From: Antechinus flavipes
Lineage: Eukaryota
NCBI RefSeq assembly: GCF_016432865.1
Contig: NC_067400.1
Location: 616,528,001-616,592,000 of the forward strand
Length of the DNA: 64,000 bases
Direction of reading: 5' to 3'
Both the position numbers and the translations under genes were made by a program. A model generated the notes under the pieces. It was given only the letters and a program-made list of their open reading frames with translations, was not told where the DNA came from and did no database searches. Below are positions 9,626 to 21,649 of this stretch, in pieces; position 1 is the stretch's first letter, and each line of letters opens with the position of its first letter.

Positions 9626-11597
9626 TATCTCTTTGGGGCAGAGGCTGAGCCTGCCCGGCCCCTCAGACCAGGACCCCTGCCCTGCCCGCCAACCTGCCCA
9701 AGTAGGTGTGACTGCATGTTTGTCGAGTGAATAGAACACAGGCATGAGTGAGAGTGAGTCAGAGGGAGCCAGAGATGCCGCGATAGGGAGAGAACAACGC
9801 AGGCCCCAGGAGCCAGCTGCCCGCTCAAAGGGAAGCCCTGTACCTGGGCCACAGACACAGACAGAGGCAGAGAAATGGCCAGACCCGGGGAGAGGTGCCA
9901 GAAAGTCAAGGGCCCGGGCCAGGCAGAGGATTCTGGGGGCCCTGCCCCGGCCCCTGCCTCCCTCAAAAAGAAAAAAATTCCATGAGGCTTGGAAAGTCTC
10001 AGCCCCGGCCCCTGCCAGCGGCTCGGGCCGTCCTGCCGGGGGGCGCCGGCGGCTGGGCCTGGGCCTGTTGTGGGGGCTTTGCACTGCGGGGCTCACACCT
10101 CTGGCCGGTGGAGGGGGGGGCAGGAAGCTGGCAGCCCCCACAGGAACGTCTCTGTGCCTGGAGGGAAGAAGGGAGGGCCGAAGGGAGAGGGAGGGAGGGA
10201 GAGGCCGGGCTGGATGGGGCAGAAGAGGAGAGGCGGATACAAAGGCCCCAGTGTTTGCCCAGGCTGCCGCCGCCGGCCACAGATATATATACCCGGCCCA
10301 GAACTTGCGGGAGGGGTGGGGAGGGGAGGGGAGTCTGGGGGAGGCGGACGGCCTGGGGACCCCATCCCCGGGGGAGATGGGGGGCGGAGGCCGGAGACAG
10401 AGGCCCAGGGGCCAAGCACAGTCGGGGGGAGCGCCTCCCCGTCCGAGCCCCCGGATCCTTCCCAGAGAGCCAGCTCAGGGGAGCTAGGGGAAAGGGAGCC
10501 AGGAGGTCCGGTGGCTTCCAAGGAACCCATGGAGGGCAGCCTTGGGAGAAAGGGCTGGGGCAGGGAGCGGGACAGATGGGGGGGCGCTGCCAGAGACACA
10601 CCTTTGTACCTAAAATGTAGACTCTGGCCAGAGACCTGCCCCTGCCCCCGCCAGTGAGGCGAGACCTTAGCCCAGTCCGTTGCTTTCTCTGGGACTCAGT
10701 TTCCCCAGTGCAGCTCGGTCTGGCTGGGTTCTAGGGTCTCCGCCTGCTCTCCAACGGGATCCCCCGCCTCCAGGAGCCAGGGCTCCCGGGCACGGGGCCT
10801 TGTGCCCCCTTGGCTGGCGGCCTGGGCGGACACCTGAAGTGTCCCGGGCCTGTGTGGCCATGCATCCGCGTGTCCCGGTGTCCCCCTGAGTCCCAGGCCA
10901 GCGTACTTTTCCGCTCTGGGCGTGGGCCTGGGGCGGGTGGGGGATGGCACGCCGGGCCAGCCCGGGCCAGCGGCCTCCCCCGGGCCGGAGACCCCCGCTC
11001 CGCTCCTGGGGGCCGCGACCCCCGCGGCAGGGCCGGGGGGGCTTGGAGTCCCCAGTGACCCCCCCCGGGGGCGGGGGGGGTCTCCGCGCCAGGCTGGGTT
11101 GGGCCCCCACTTCCAGCCTCGGCTCCTTCCTCCCCCCTCCCCCTCCCACCCCCAGAGGACGAGGATGAAAAAGAGTCTTTTCAGCTGGAGGCTGCAGCGG
11201 CGGCTCCCTCGCTGCTCGCGTGGAATAATATTTGGGCTGTTGGCCGGGGTGGGGGCCAGATCCGGGGGCCTCTGGGGAGCGGCTAAACCGCAGCCTCCGG
11301 CCTCAGCCCCGGCCCCGCCTGGCCCCCGGCCCGCTCGCTCCGGGAGAGACCCCGAGGTCCGCGGAGGGGGGAGGGAGCCCAGGGAGAGACTAAGCCCCTG
11401 TCTGCTGCTGCTCCCAGTTGTTTTTTCCAGGAAGCCGGAGGAATTCCCCGGGCGGGCTCCGGAGGACGCAGGGACAGACTGGGAGCCAGGCACGGACTGG
11501 GAGGCGGGAAGGAGGGGGTGGGGTGGGGGAGGAACGAGGATCCAGGGCTCAGGAGGGACGGAGGCAGGGCTGGGAGGCAGGAGCTCACAGGAGGGAG

Positions 11598-11898
11598 GCA
11601 GAGGCCCTCACACACCGGGAGTCCCTGGGAGGGGGAGGGGCAGAGGCCCCCACACACACCGGGAGTCCCTGGGAGGGGGAGGGGGAGAGGCCCCCACACA
11701 CCGGGAGTCCCTGGGAGGGGGAGGGGCAGAGGCCCCCACACACCGGGAGTCCCTGGGAAGGGGAGGGGCAGAGGCCCCCACACACCGGGAGGGCCTGGGA
11801 GGGGGAGGGGCAGAGGCCCCCACACACCGGGAGGGCCTGGGAGGGGGAGGGGCAGAGGCCCCCACACACCGGGAGTCCCTGGGGAGGCGGGGCAGAGG
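11598..11898 (+). repeat. 42-bp G-rich minisatellite, 7 copies
   Basis: Unit gcagaggcccccacacaccgggagtccctgggagggggaggg recurring at ~11598, 11640, 11684, 11726, 11768, 11810, 11852. Confidence 0.92.
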
Positions 11899-12826
11899 AG
11901 AGACGGGCAGAACGGGGCTGTTCCCTCTCACCCTCTTCCCTTTAGGAGCAGGAGGAAGAACTCCACAAAATACTTTTCCAAACAGGTGGAAAGATCCCTA
12001 ACTGTGGCGGGGGAGCGAGCCTGGGGCTGAGCCCAGAACCGGGCCGGTGCCCCGGGGGGGAGGGGAGGAAAAGAAGATCCGGCCCGGCGCTATCCCAGGG
12101 CCTCCATCTCCCCCCCAACGCCCCCCCCCCGTGGGCCCTTCTCCAGCGCGGCCGGGGACCCTCCACGTGTGTGGGGGTGGGGGAGGGTCCCGCGGCGAAG
12201 AGCCGCCTCCCCCGCGCTCTCTGCCGGGCCAGACTGGCGGGGGCGGCTCTGGTGAACAAACTGTTCTGGGGTCAGGGCCACCGGAGGAGAGCAAAGGTCA
12301 GGCCCGTGCCTGCCTTCCCCACCCCCTCCCCAGCGCCCGCGCTCGGAGCCTGCCCAGAGGGCTCCCGGGCCCCCACCGCTGTCAGGGAGGTCTGGGGAGA
12401 GGGTCGGGGAAGGAGCCTCAGCCTGGGAGTCACAGCCGGGAGGGACCCATATCACAGATGAGGGAAACCGAGGTTCGGAGGGAGAGGAAGTGGCTTCCCC
12501 CCCCAACCCGCAGCCTGGGCCCCCCCCTCCAAATGCGCCTCGGAGTCCGTGGGCCTGAGCTTAAGTTTCAAAGAAATCGCTTATTGTGTGACCCTGGGCC
12601 GGCCTTAGGCCCTCGGGGTCCCTTCGGCCCCATCCTTCCGGAGCCGCCCCCTTCTGTCCCCGCCGCTCCCCAGCAAACATTCGGGGCTCGGGGAGGGCGG
12701 AGGGGGACGAGCCCCGCTGAGAAGCCCCCACGAGTCTGCCCTCTCACCGCAGCCCGGGGCTCCTCCCCATCCTGACGCAGGAGAAAAGAGGCAGCTGGGA
12801 TGCAGGCTGAGAGGGGAGAGAAAAGC

Positions 12827-12832
12827 TTTAAT
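12827..12832 (-). terminator. Probable FOXA3 poly(A) signal (ATTAAA)
   Basis: tttaat on + = ATTAAA on -, ~380 nt past the FOXA3 stop; no AATAAA seen closer. Confidence 0.45.
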
Positions 12833-13206
12833 GTCCAAGTCCAGAAGCCACTGAAGAGGGGCGTCCCCTTCCTGGCCGCGGGCCCCTCACTGCGCTCCCC
12901 CCCACCCAAGGGTTCAATGGGAGCAGCTGCAACCGACCCTCCCCTCAATCTCCACTGACCCTCCAGCCAATCCCGACTTCGACTATTGTAACAAGGAAAA
13001 TGGCAGCCAATGTGATGACCGGTGGGGACCGAGACCCCAGCTAAGATGGCGGCAGAAAGGACGGAGGCCGAAGGCCACCGCGCCGACCCCCGGGATGCCC
13101 CCCAGAGGGCGCGGGCCGCGGGCAGCGAGACCCGCAGACGGGCCGAGCCCGTCCCCTCAGAGCCGCCAGAAGGCGTCCCGGCCCGCCCGTCTCTGCTCCC
13201 CTCCGG

Positions 13207-14232
13207 CTAGGACGCGTTGAGCAGAGAGCGGGTGTACAGGCCCTGGTAGTAGACCCCGGCCTCCCCCAGCCCCCCCCCACTCTCGGCCCCGTAGCCGGGG
13301 AAGCCCACGTCCAGCTTGGGAGCCGCCTGTGGCAGTGGGGTCGGCGCCGCCTGCTCCGACATCAGGTTGCTGATAGAGAAGGGGTGGTTGAAGTTATAGG
13401 GGACGTCCAGCTTCAGCTCCCCGGGGAGCTCCAGGCCGGGGAAGTAGGGCCCCCCGGAGGGCGGGGGCGAGCTGCAGTTCAGGGTCCCTGCCGCCCCCTC
13501 CCCCCCGCCCGGAGCCTCTGCCTCCAGAGGAGGGGGCCCGGCGGGGGGCGGCGGGGAGGAGGACAAGGCGGCCGGGGCGGCCCCGGCGGGGGCGGCTCCC
13601 CGGCCCCCGGCCCCCCCGGCCCCGCCGTCCGCTTTCTTGACCTTCTCCTCCAGCTTGAAGCGTTTCTGCCGCCGGAGGTAGCAGCCGTTCTCGAACATGT
13701 TGCCGGAGCCCGGGTGCAGGGCCCAGTAGGAGCCTTTGCCCGGCTTGTCCGGGGACCGGGCCACCTTGACGAAGCAATCGTTGAAGGAGAGCGAGTGGCG
13801 GATGGAGTTCTGCCATCGCTGCTGGTTCTCGCGGTAGTACGGGAACAAGTCCATGATCCACTGGTAAATCTCATTCAGGGTCAGCATCTTGCCGGGGGCC
13901 TGCTGGATGGCCATGGTGATGAGGGAGATGTAGGAGTAGGGGGGCTTGGCGTGGGCCAGAGGACGGCGGTAGCTGCCCTTCGGGGCCTCCTTCGGCCGAC
14001 CCAACACGGGTCCCGGGCCGGCGTACCCCGGGGCCCCCCCGCTGCCCCCGCTGGGTCCCAGACCCGGGAACGGAGGTCCCAGAGGCGCCGGGGGGGCTGC
14101 GGGGGCCAGGGGGCCGGCGGGGAGGGGAGAGGCGGGGAGGCCGGGAGGGGGGTAGGGGGGGCTCAGGGGGCTCAGGGTCATGTAGGAGTTGAGTGGGGTC
14201 ATCGTGCTCATCGGGGTCACCGGTGGGTAGAC
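13207..14232 (-). CDS. FOXA3: Forkhead box A3 (HNF3-gamma), exon 2 with forkhead domain
   Basis: [60 protein letters not shown]...[14 protein letters not shown]...[14 protein letters not shown]; acceptor ttcctctgcag|GTCTAC, phase 0. Confidence 0.97.
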   Translation of the reverse strand, partial: VYPPVTPMSTMTPLNSYMTLSPLSPPYPPPGLPASPLPAGPLAPAAPPAPLGPPFPGLGPSGGSGGAPGYAGPGPVLGRPKEAPKGSYRRPLAHAKPPYSYISLITMAIQQAPGKMLTLNEIYQWIMDLFPYYRENQQRWQNSIRHSLSFNDCFVKVARSPDKPGKGSYWALHPGSGNMFENGCYLRRQKRFKLEEKVKKADGGAGGAGGRGAAPAGAAPAALSSSPPPPAGPPPLEAEAPGGGEGAAGTLNCSSPPPSGGPYFPGLELPGELKLDVPYNFNHPFSISNLMSEQAAPTPLPQAAPKLDVGFPGYGAESGGGLGEAGVYYQGLYTRSLLNAS

Positions 14233-14479
14233 CTGCAGAGGAACAGGGAACACAAGCAGAGAAGGGCCCAGAGTGAGTGAAGCTCAGGACTCTCAGCCAT
14301 CTATCAGGCAAACACCGGGCACTCTCCCTTTGGGTCTCTCCCCGTTCTCTCCTGTCTCTCATCTGCTATCTCTGCCCAGAACTTCAGAAGCTGAAAGAGT
14401 GTTTGCCACGTCCCTCGGCAGCTCTCCCCTCCCTCTCTTTCTGGCCTCGTTCTCCCAGCCTGTGTCACTCCATTTGTCC

Positions 14480-15321
14480 CCCTCCCTGCATCCGTCTGCA
14501 GTTTCTGTGCTTGGTCCACTCCTGCTCCTCCCTTCCCTCCATCTCTCTCCTCTCTCTCTGTCTGTCTCTCCCTATCTCTTTCTCCATCTCATCATCTCTG
14601 TCTCATTCCCTCTCTTTCTGTCTCTCTTGCTCCGTCTCACGCTCTGTCTCAGCCTGCACGTGCATGTCTCTCACTCTGGGTCTCTGAATCTGTCTCTGTG
14701 TCTTTCTGTCTCTCATTCTGTCTCAGTTTGCATCTGGGATTCTCTCTCCCGTCTCTGAATCTGTTTCTGTGTCTCTTCTCTTTCATTCTCTCAGTCTGTC
14801 TCTGGCCCTGTCTCTGTTTCTGTCTCTCTCCCCCCTCATTTTCTCTCACTGCCTTTGTCTCTGTCTCTCTCCCCCCTCCCATTTTCTCTGTCCCTTTCTC
14901 TCTGTCTCTGGCCCTGTCTCTCTCTCTCCCCTCCCTCCTTCTTTCCCTCCCTCCCTTCCTTTCTCATTTTCTCTCACTGCCCTTCTGTGTCTGTCTTTCT
15001 CTTCCTTCCTCCTTCCTTTTTTCCCTTCCTCAGATTTTCTCTCACTGCCTTTGTGTCTGTCTCTGTCTCTGTCTCTCCCCCCTCCCATTTTTCTCACTGN
15101 NNNNNNNNNNNNNNNNNNNNNNNNNNNNNNNNNNNNNNNNNNNNNNNNNNNNNNNNNNNNNNNNNNNNNNNNNNNNNNNNNNNNNNNNNNNNNNNNNNNN
15201 NNNNNNNNNNNNNNNNNNNNNNNNNNNNNNNNNNNNNNNNNNNNNNNNNNNNNNNNNNNNNNNNNNNNNNNNNNNNNNNNNNNNNNNNNNNNNNNNNNNN
15301 TTTCTCTCACTGCCTTTCTGC

Positions 15322-15400
<79 letters not shown>
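14480..15400 (+). repeat. CT-rich low-complexity tract ending in pure (TC)n at ~15323-15400 (FOXA3 intron)
   Basis: tctctgtctc-like units plus a long perfect dinucleotide run; contains an N gap. Confidence 0.9.
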
Positions 15401-15402
<2 letters not shown>

Positions 15403-17072
15403 TCTGCCCGTTACCCGCTGTCTGGTGCCCTCCTCCTGCCCTGCCCCCTTTCCCTAGGAAGACTGGGAGGGCCCGGGACCCCCGACTGGGCGCGGCTGGG
15501 AAGGCTCCGACCCAGTACTCAGGAGGGAGAAGACATCATCCCCAGGCGGTGCAGACCCGGGGAGCCGCAGAACTCGAGGCTTTGGGATGGCTCGGGGCAC
15601 GCCTGGGGCGGGAGGACGGGTAACCCCCCCCCCATCTCTTCCCCATTAAGGCAGCTCGAGGGCTCAGCCGGTCTCCACCCCATTCCAGGTGAGGCAGAAC
15701 AGCCGTCCGGCCCCATCTAACCTTGAACCACCGCTCCCCTAATCCTCTGGGCTTTCTCACGCCCCAGGGCTGAGAGATGAACCCCTGGTGTCCGGGTCTG
15801 AGCCGGATCTTTCTCCCAGGGTGGGGCCCTGGGGGAGGGGCTGGAGAAGGGGGACCCACCCTCCTCATAGGCCGGAACTTCTTCCTGTTCCTCTCCCTAA
15901 GAGCCGGGGCCAGAGAAGGAAGAAGGGGCCTGAACCCACTGATCCCATAACCCACCTGGGGTAACAGAGACGTCTTGAGCGACTGACTCATATAGTCTAT
16001 GAGCCTTGAAGAACATTTTTCAGAAGAGGAAACTGAGTCCCAGAGAGGGAAGAATCCTAATAGTGGGTTTAGAGCTAGAGGGGTCATCTAGATGAAGACC
16101 CCCATTTTTAAATTTGTTAGAAAAGGGAACTGAAGCTCTGAGAAGGGATTAGGGCAGGGCCAGGGGGTTATCCAGCAAGACGGGACAGGATAGATACAAA
16201 GTCCAGTCAGAACCCCTCTTCCTCCCTCTCTGCCCACTGAGGGCGATCACTGCTCTCTTCTCTGCCCGTAAGTGTGCCAACCTGGAGGGGACCTGACCTG
16301 CTTGTGGACACGACTGCAGAATCATCCAAGAAGAGATGGGCTGTGCTGTCATGACAACAGCATCCCGGTCAGAGCATTTAGGGATGCAATCCTGAACAAG
16401 TCACTCCCTCTCCCCTGGCCTCAGTTTCCCCATCTTATTCCTATCTGGAGTACATTTTCAGTGCACTCGTTTTGCAGCCTTGGCGTTACCTGTGACTCCC
16501 AACCACCACTCCCCTCCTCACACATCTTCGGTCGCTCCTACTGCCTCCGGGATCAAAGCCTTCTCCCACCTGGCTCCCACTTCCCTTTCCCATCTAATTT
16601 CCTCACAGTCCCCTCCACACACTCTCTGTTCTGTTCCTAGGGAGCTGGGCCCAATAAGTGGCGTTCCACGTCCCGCACAGGCTGGCCCCCGTGCCCAGAA
16701 TGCTTTTCTCGCTGTGTGAGTCCTGCCCCCTCCGGGAGACCCGTTCTGGGAAGCTCCTTGAGGACAGGGGCCGGTTTTGAATTTTTCATGCTTGTATTCC
16801 CAGCAAACTGGTCCTTATTTGTGGCTGAAGTGGACTGGCTCGGTCCTCCTGGATGTTCGTGTCCTTCAGACCTACTAGCACGGCCTGGTATAATAGACTT
16901 CATATCTGCAACCTTGTGTCTATTCCTCCCCGGGAGAATGTAACTTCCCTGAGAGCAGGGACTGTTTTGTTTCTGTCCTTGTTTCCCCAGCAACCAGCGC
17001 CTGGCACAGACTCGGAACTTAATCATGGTTGATTAGACTGAAACGTTGTAAAATAAAAAGTCTGGTCTAGAT

Positions 17073-17551
17073 CGGGGTCCTTGTGTCATGGACCCCAAAG
17101 CATGCTGGGGCCAGCTCGAACCGGCCCACAGTAGCCCATGGTCAGATTTTCAGGGTGAACACTCGGGCTCCAGGATCACAAAATGCTGCAAATCAGGAGT
17201 TGGTTTATTCTTTTGACAATGGTTTAGACTTAAGCAAGTGATGGGAAAAAATGATAATGAAGATTAAGCTTCAAAGCGTGTCCTGCAAATTTTTTTGTGG
17301 GTGGGGAAGCTGATGGTAAAACATTTACCAACACACCTCTGCATAGACCTCTGGCTGGCGGGTGAAAACCGTGGGTCCCTTATGGGAATCGTGCTTTTAA
17401 ATAATTAAAGGAAATGCTAAATTTTAATTAGAGATGAGGTAAAATAAAGATGTATTTTTATTTAACCCTGCAAGTGCACAGATCCCCCGAAATCTAGCCA
17501 TTAAATCCTGCAGGGTTTTGATCTGTGAGATCCTCAAGTTAAGACCTTCTG
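17073..17551. mobile_element. Nested hAT-type non-autonomous DNA transposon fossils (Charlie-like MITE interrupted by a second hAT element at ~17097-17341)
   Basis: Outer ends cggggtcc..tgtgtcatggacccc and caagttaagaccttctg with gtcta-containing 8-bp flanks; inner ends tgctggggccagctcgaaccggc and aacatttaccaacacacctctg; recognised from memory of repeat consensus sequences. Confidence 0.5.
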
Positions 17552-20500
17552 GTCTATGCAGATGGTCCATGCTAATTAATGGTCTCTGTTTCTGTTATAT
17601 CACTCTAGCAAATCACTCCTTTTTTCCCTCTGTCAAATGACTGGGGACATCTCTGAGATCCCTTCCAGCTCAGGATCTCGTCCCTTCCATTGTCAGAGGA
17701 CTCCCTCCCTTGTCAAAAGAGTCTGAGTGTTGGCTCGGCCCCTGCCTGCTTTGTGACCTTGGATGAGCCCTTCTTCCCTAAGCTGCCCTAAACAGGCCCT
17801 TCCAAACTCTTCGGTTCTACCAGATCACAACCTCGTCTTATGAGACCGGGACTGGTGCTCCTGCCCCTTGGATGGCTCCCACTGACCACCCCAAGCCGAT
17901 AGCTGAGCCTTGTTGACAATGGCGCTCGGACACGGTTGGGTCGCTCCCCGCTAAGACCCCGTACAGCCCCCCCCCCATGCAAAGCGCACTAATGATGAAA
18001 CACAAAGACCCTCCTCAAGGATCTGCTTCCCCCACCCCAATTTCTGGCCAATGCAGGGTCTTTGGAGCTGGGGTGAGTCGGGAGTCTCCCTGGCACTCTC
18101 TTCCCATTTGGTGTGGTGCAAAGAGCTCTGGGAGGGATTCAGGAGGCTGGGCTAGAGGCAAGAGCTTCCCTCTCTCCACCTATTTCCCCATCTGGGAGAT
18201 GGGCAGGTAGATGGGACTAAAGGGTCTGTCTAGAAATGCTTCCTGATGTTCTAGGGTCTGAGGTCCCTTTCTGCGCTGCCGTTCTGTGTCCCAAGGGTTT
18301 GACGTTCTATGTCCCAAGGACTATTGTAGCTGACCTGGTTTGGTTCTAGCTCTCCTGGCTGGCATTCTTTATTCTCAGCATGGCGTGAAGGAGTAGAATG
18401 CTAGGGGAACGGGGAAGATGTTTAAAAGCTGTGTGACCCTGCGTGAAGCACCTAACCTCTCTCAGAGCCTCAGTTTACACGTCTGTTAAATGAGGGGAAG
18501 AAACATGAGGATTGATGAAAGGTCCCTTACAGCTTTAAAATCCGTGATCCTATGATTCTAGAGGGGCCTTCCCATTCTCAGTTCCAGAGTCCCGTTCAGA
18601 TCCGCCATTCCATGTTCTAGGCTCCGTCCCTGGTGTGACATTCTGTTTTCTGTTCAGAGGTACCTCCCAGCTCTGATCTGCTCTGTTCTAAGAATGGGAG
18701 GCCCAGGTGCCGGGCAGGCAGTGGGGGTGGAGGGGTGTTTGTCCAGCTCGGGCGGGTCCCTGGGTCGATAAGGGGCCAGATAAGCGACCCGCTCCCCACC
18801 CCCTCCGAGCCACATTGCCGGAGCCCAGGTGTGGCCTGCCTTCCCTCGGCCTGGCGTCCAGAGCCCAGCCCAGCCGAGTGCAGGCGGACGAGAGCCGGAC
18901 CCGTCCCACGCCCAGCCACCGGGTCGGGTCTTCTGGGGTCCCCCCAAAGGGGAGCCCAGGCTTGACGTCACAAACCGCGTCCTCCCTGGATAACAAGGCT
19001 CAGGCCGGACTGGCGGCCTTCGAGGCCCCTTTCAAATCGAGGCTTCTGTGCTCTACCCCTCCCCCACCCTGGGACATTCTATGCTCTCTGAATACTTGCT
19101 ATCTTCCAAATTATCTCCGCAAAGCTCTACCCAAAATTATCCCTGCTCTTTCCCAAAAAATTATCTTCCCTGATAATGTCGCCAATAATTCCTTCTCAAT
19201 ACAGGACCCCTCCAACAAAGCTCGCTTTAAACTGTCTTCATGGCAGTGCTACCTCTAGTTCTGTCCCCCAAACCATCTTCCCAACCTTGTGCCCCCTTGG
19301 ATAGTATTGGGATTTTCTCCCCAACCCCAAAGTGGGGATTTCTCAAACAGCATCCTTCCATGTCGGTCACCATCAAACTGTCTCTCCCGGGAGTTCTTTC
19401 AGTTCCCTAAATTCCCAAAGTGCCCCCCAAAATACCACCCCACTGCCCAAACTCTGCTCCCCTAAACAATCTCCCAGTGGCATTCTCTCCTCTTCATCTC
19501 TCCTCCTACTGCGGTCCCTCCAAAAAAAAAAAAAAAAAAAAGGGACCTGTCTCCCATCAACTCTACCCCCCCAAGAGTGACTCTTCCTCCACACAAATTC
19601 ATCTACCTTAGGATATTCGGTGCTGGAAGGACCTGTGGAGATCACCCATCAAAGCATGTGTACTCCCCTGCAGAGCACCGGCTCTCCGGACTCTGTGCTC
19701 CCCAACAAGGGAACCCCTGAGATACAGAGAGCTCTCTCCTCCTCGTCACCTGCGTCCTCCTCCAAGCTACCAAGAATATGTCCAAGTCGTTATATCCTTC
19801 CTTAACATGTCTCTCCAGCGGTCTCCCCTCACCTCCATATCCCTCCAGACTATATCCTCCTAGGTAACATCCCTAGGATATCGGGGAACAAGCCCATGAT
19901 AATGTTTCCCAAAATTCTATCTCTCCGCAGCATCTTTTGTTTCCCCGAGCTAAAGCTCCCTCAAAATTCCGTCTCCCTTAAATTCTACCCTCCTAAGAAT
20001 ATTAACCCTCCCTCAAAAAGGGAACAAATCCCTTGGAATAGGGCTTCTCAGATTTCTGGACTTCCAGGCTTCTTTACACTCTCAAAAAGTGAGGATGTCT
20101 TCCAAAAGANNNNNNNNNNNNNNNNNNNNNNNNNNNNNNNNNNNNNNNNNNNNNNNNNNNNNNNNNNNNNNNNNNNNNNNNNNNNNNNNNNNNNNNNNNN
20201 NNNNNNNNNNNNNNNNNNNNNNNNNNNNNNNNNNNNNNNNNNNNNNNNNNNNNNNNNNNNNNNNNNNNNNNNNNNNNNNNNNNNNNNNNNNNNNNNNNNN
20301 NNNNNNNNNNNNNNNNNNNNNNNNNNNNNNNNNNNNNNNNNNNNNNNNNNNNNNNNNNNNNNNNNNNNNNNNNNNNNNNNNNNNNNNNNNNNNNNNNNNN
20401 NNNNNNNNNNNNNNNNNNNNNNNNNNNNNNNNNNNNNNNNNNNNNNNNNNNNNNNNNNNNNNNNNNNNNNNNNNNNNNNNNNNNNNNNNNNNNNNNNNNN

Positions 20501-21610
20501 NNNNNNNNNNNNNNNNNNNNNNNNNNNNNNNNNNNNNNNNNNNNNNNNNNNNNNNNNNNNNNNNNNNNNNNNNNNNNNNNNNNNNNNNNNNNNNNNNNNN
20601 NNNNNNNNNNNNNNNNNNNNNNNNNNNNNNNNNNNNNNNNNNNNNNNNNNNNNNNNNNNNNNNNNNNNNNNNNNNNNNNNNNNNNNNNTATAAAAAGTTT
20701 TAACATTTCGGACCCAGACTTCCTGAAAGACTTTTGAAGACCCTCGGGAGTCCCTGGACCATACTTTGCAAATCATTGCCTTGGAGACGTGGGCTTTAGA
20801 TTCAGAAAGTACCCAAACTCTGCCTCCCCCAACAGTATTTCTTTGGACTCACTGCCCTGAACAACACCTTCCATGTGGCACCCATCCCCTGAACTGTCTA
20901 GCCCAATTTTGTTGCCCCATGAAGTATCCCCAGGATCCTATATAAATGACTAACTACCCCAAACCATATATCCTCAGAAACTACCTAGCTCTAAAAATCC
21001 CCCCGATCTGAGTAACCCCCTCCCAAAATCACCTTGCTTATTTCCTGAAGCTTTAAGGCTCTCAGAAGGGGAAGGGGAAGGGAAAGGGGAAGCTTCCTGT
21101 CCCAGCTTCTTGCTCCCGTTTGCTAACTTTGACTCCCAGGGGAAGGGAGGGAGACCCAGTCTCCTCAACACCCTGCGCTCCAGGGACAGAGGCCCCAGCG
21201 GCCCGTTCCCAGTTCCCCTCCCCCACGGCTGGCAGATGGGGAAGAAGGATCAGGGAATTTGTCTCCCTCATATTCATGAGTTGGAGAGGGGAGAACTGAG
21301 AAGTTCCCAGCCACGTCCCAACTCTGAGTCTTAGGGAGTCAGCGGGAGGGGGTCCCGTACCTAGGACTCCTGGGAAAGGAGAGCCAGACTACAGGGACAG
21401 AGGTTGGGATATTCCCACCAAAGGCCAGCAGGGAGTCCCCCTCCTTCAGGCTGGGCACCCGCCCCCCCCCTCCAGCCACAGGGGCCGCCCAGAAAAAAAA
21501 AATCAATAACACAGCCGGCTTTCATTGGGAACCACCCTCCTGCTCCCCCCCCTCCATCCCAGCTTGACGATTGGGGCTTGGCTCAGCTTTTCCAACATCA
21601 CACCCCCCAC

Positions 21611-21611
<1 letters not shown>

Positions 21612-21648
<37 letters not shown>
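21612..21648 (+). repeat. (CA)n microsatellite
   Basis: Perfect acacac run in the FOXA3 intron. Confidence 0.95.

Positions 21649-21649
<1 letters not shown>

Noticed and set aside
10922-12030. 359-aa and other overlapping ORFs across the CpG island and 42-bp VNTR
   Set aside because: Open because the DNA is stop-poor and the repeat period is a multiple of 3; several frames are open at once and none resembles a known protein.
13384-14280. 298-aa ORF antisense to FOXA3 exon 2
   Set aside because: Mirror of the forkhead codons on the opposite strand; no independent evidence.
19000-21050. C-rich strand-skewed stretch in the FOXA3 intron
   Set aside because: No consistent period could be extracted by eye; treated as degenerate low-complexity DNA interrupted by a gap.
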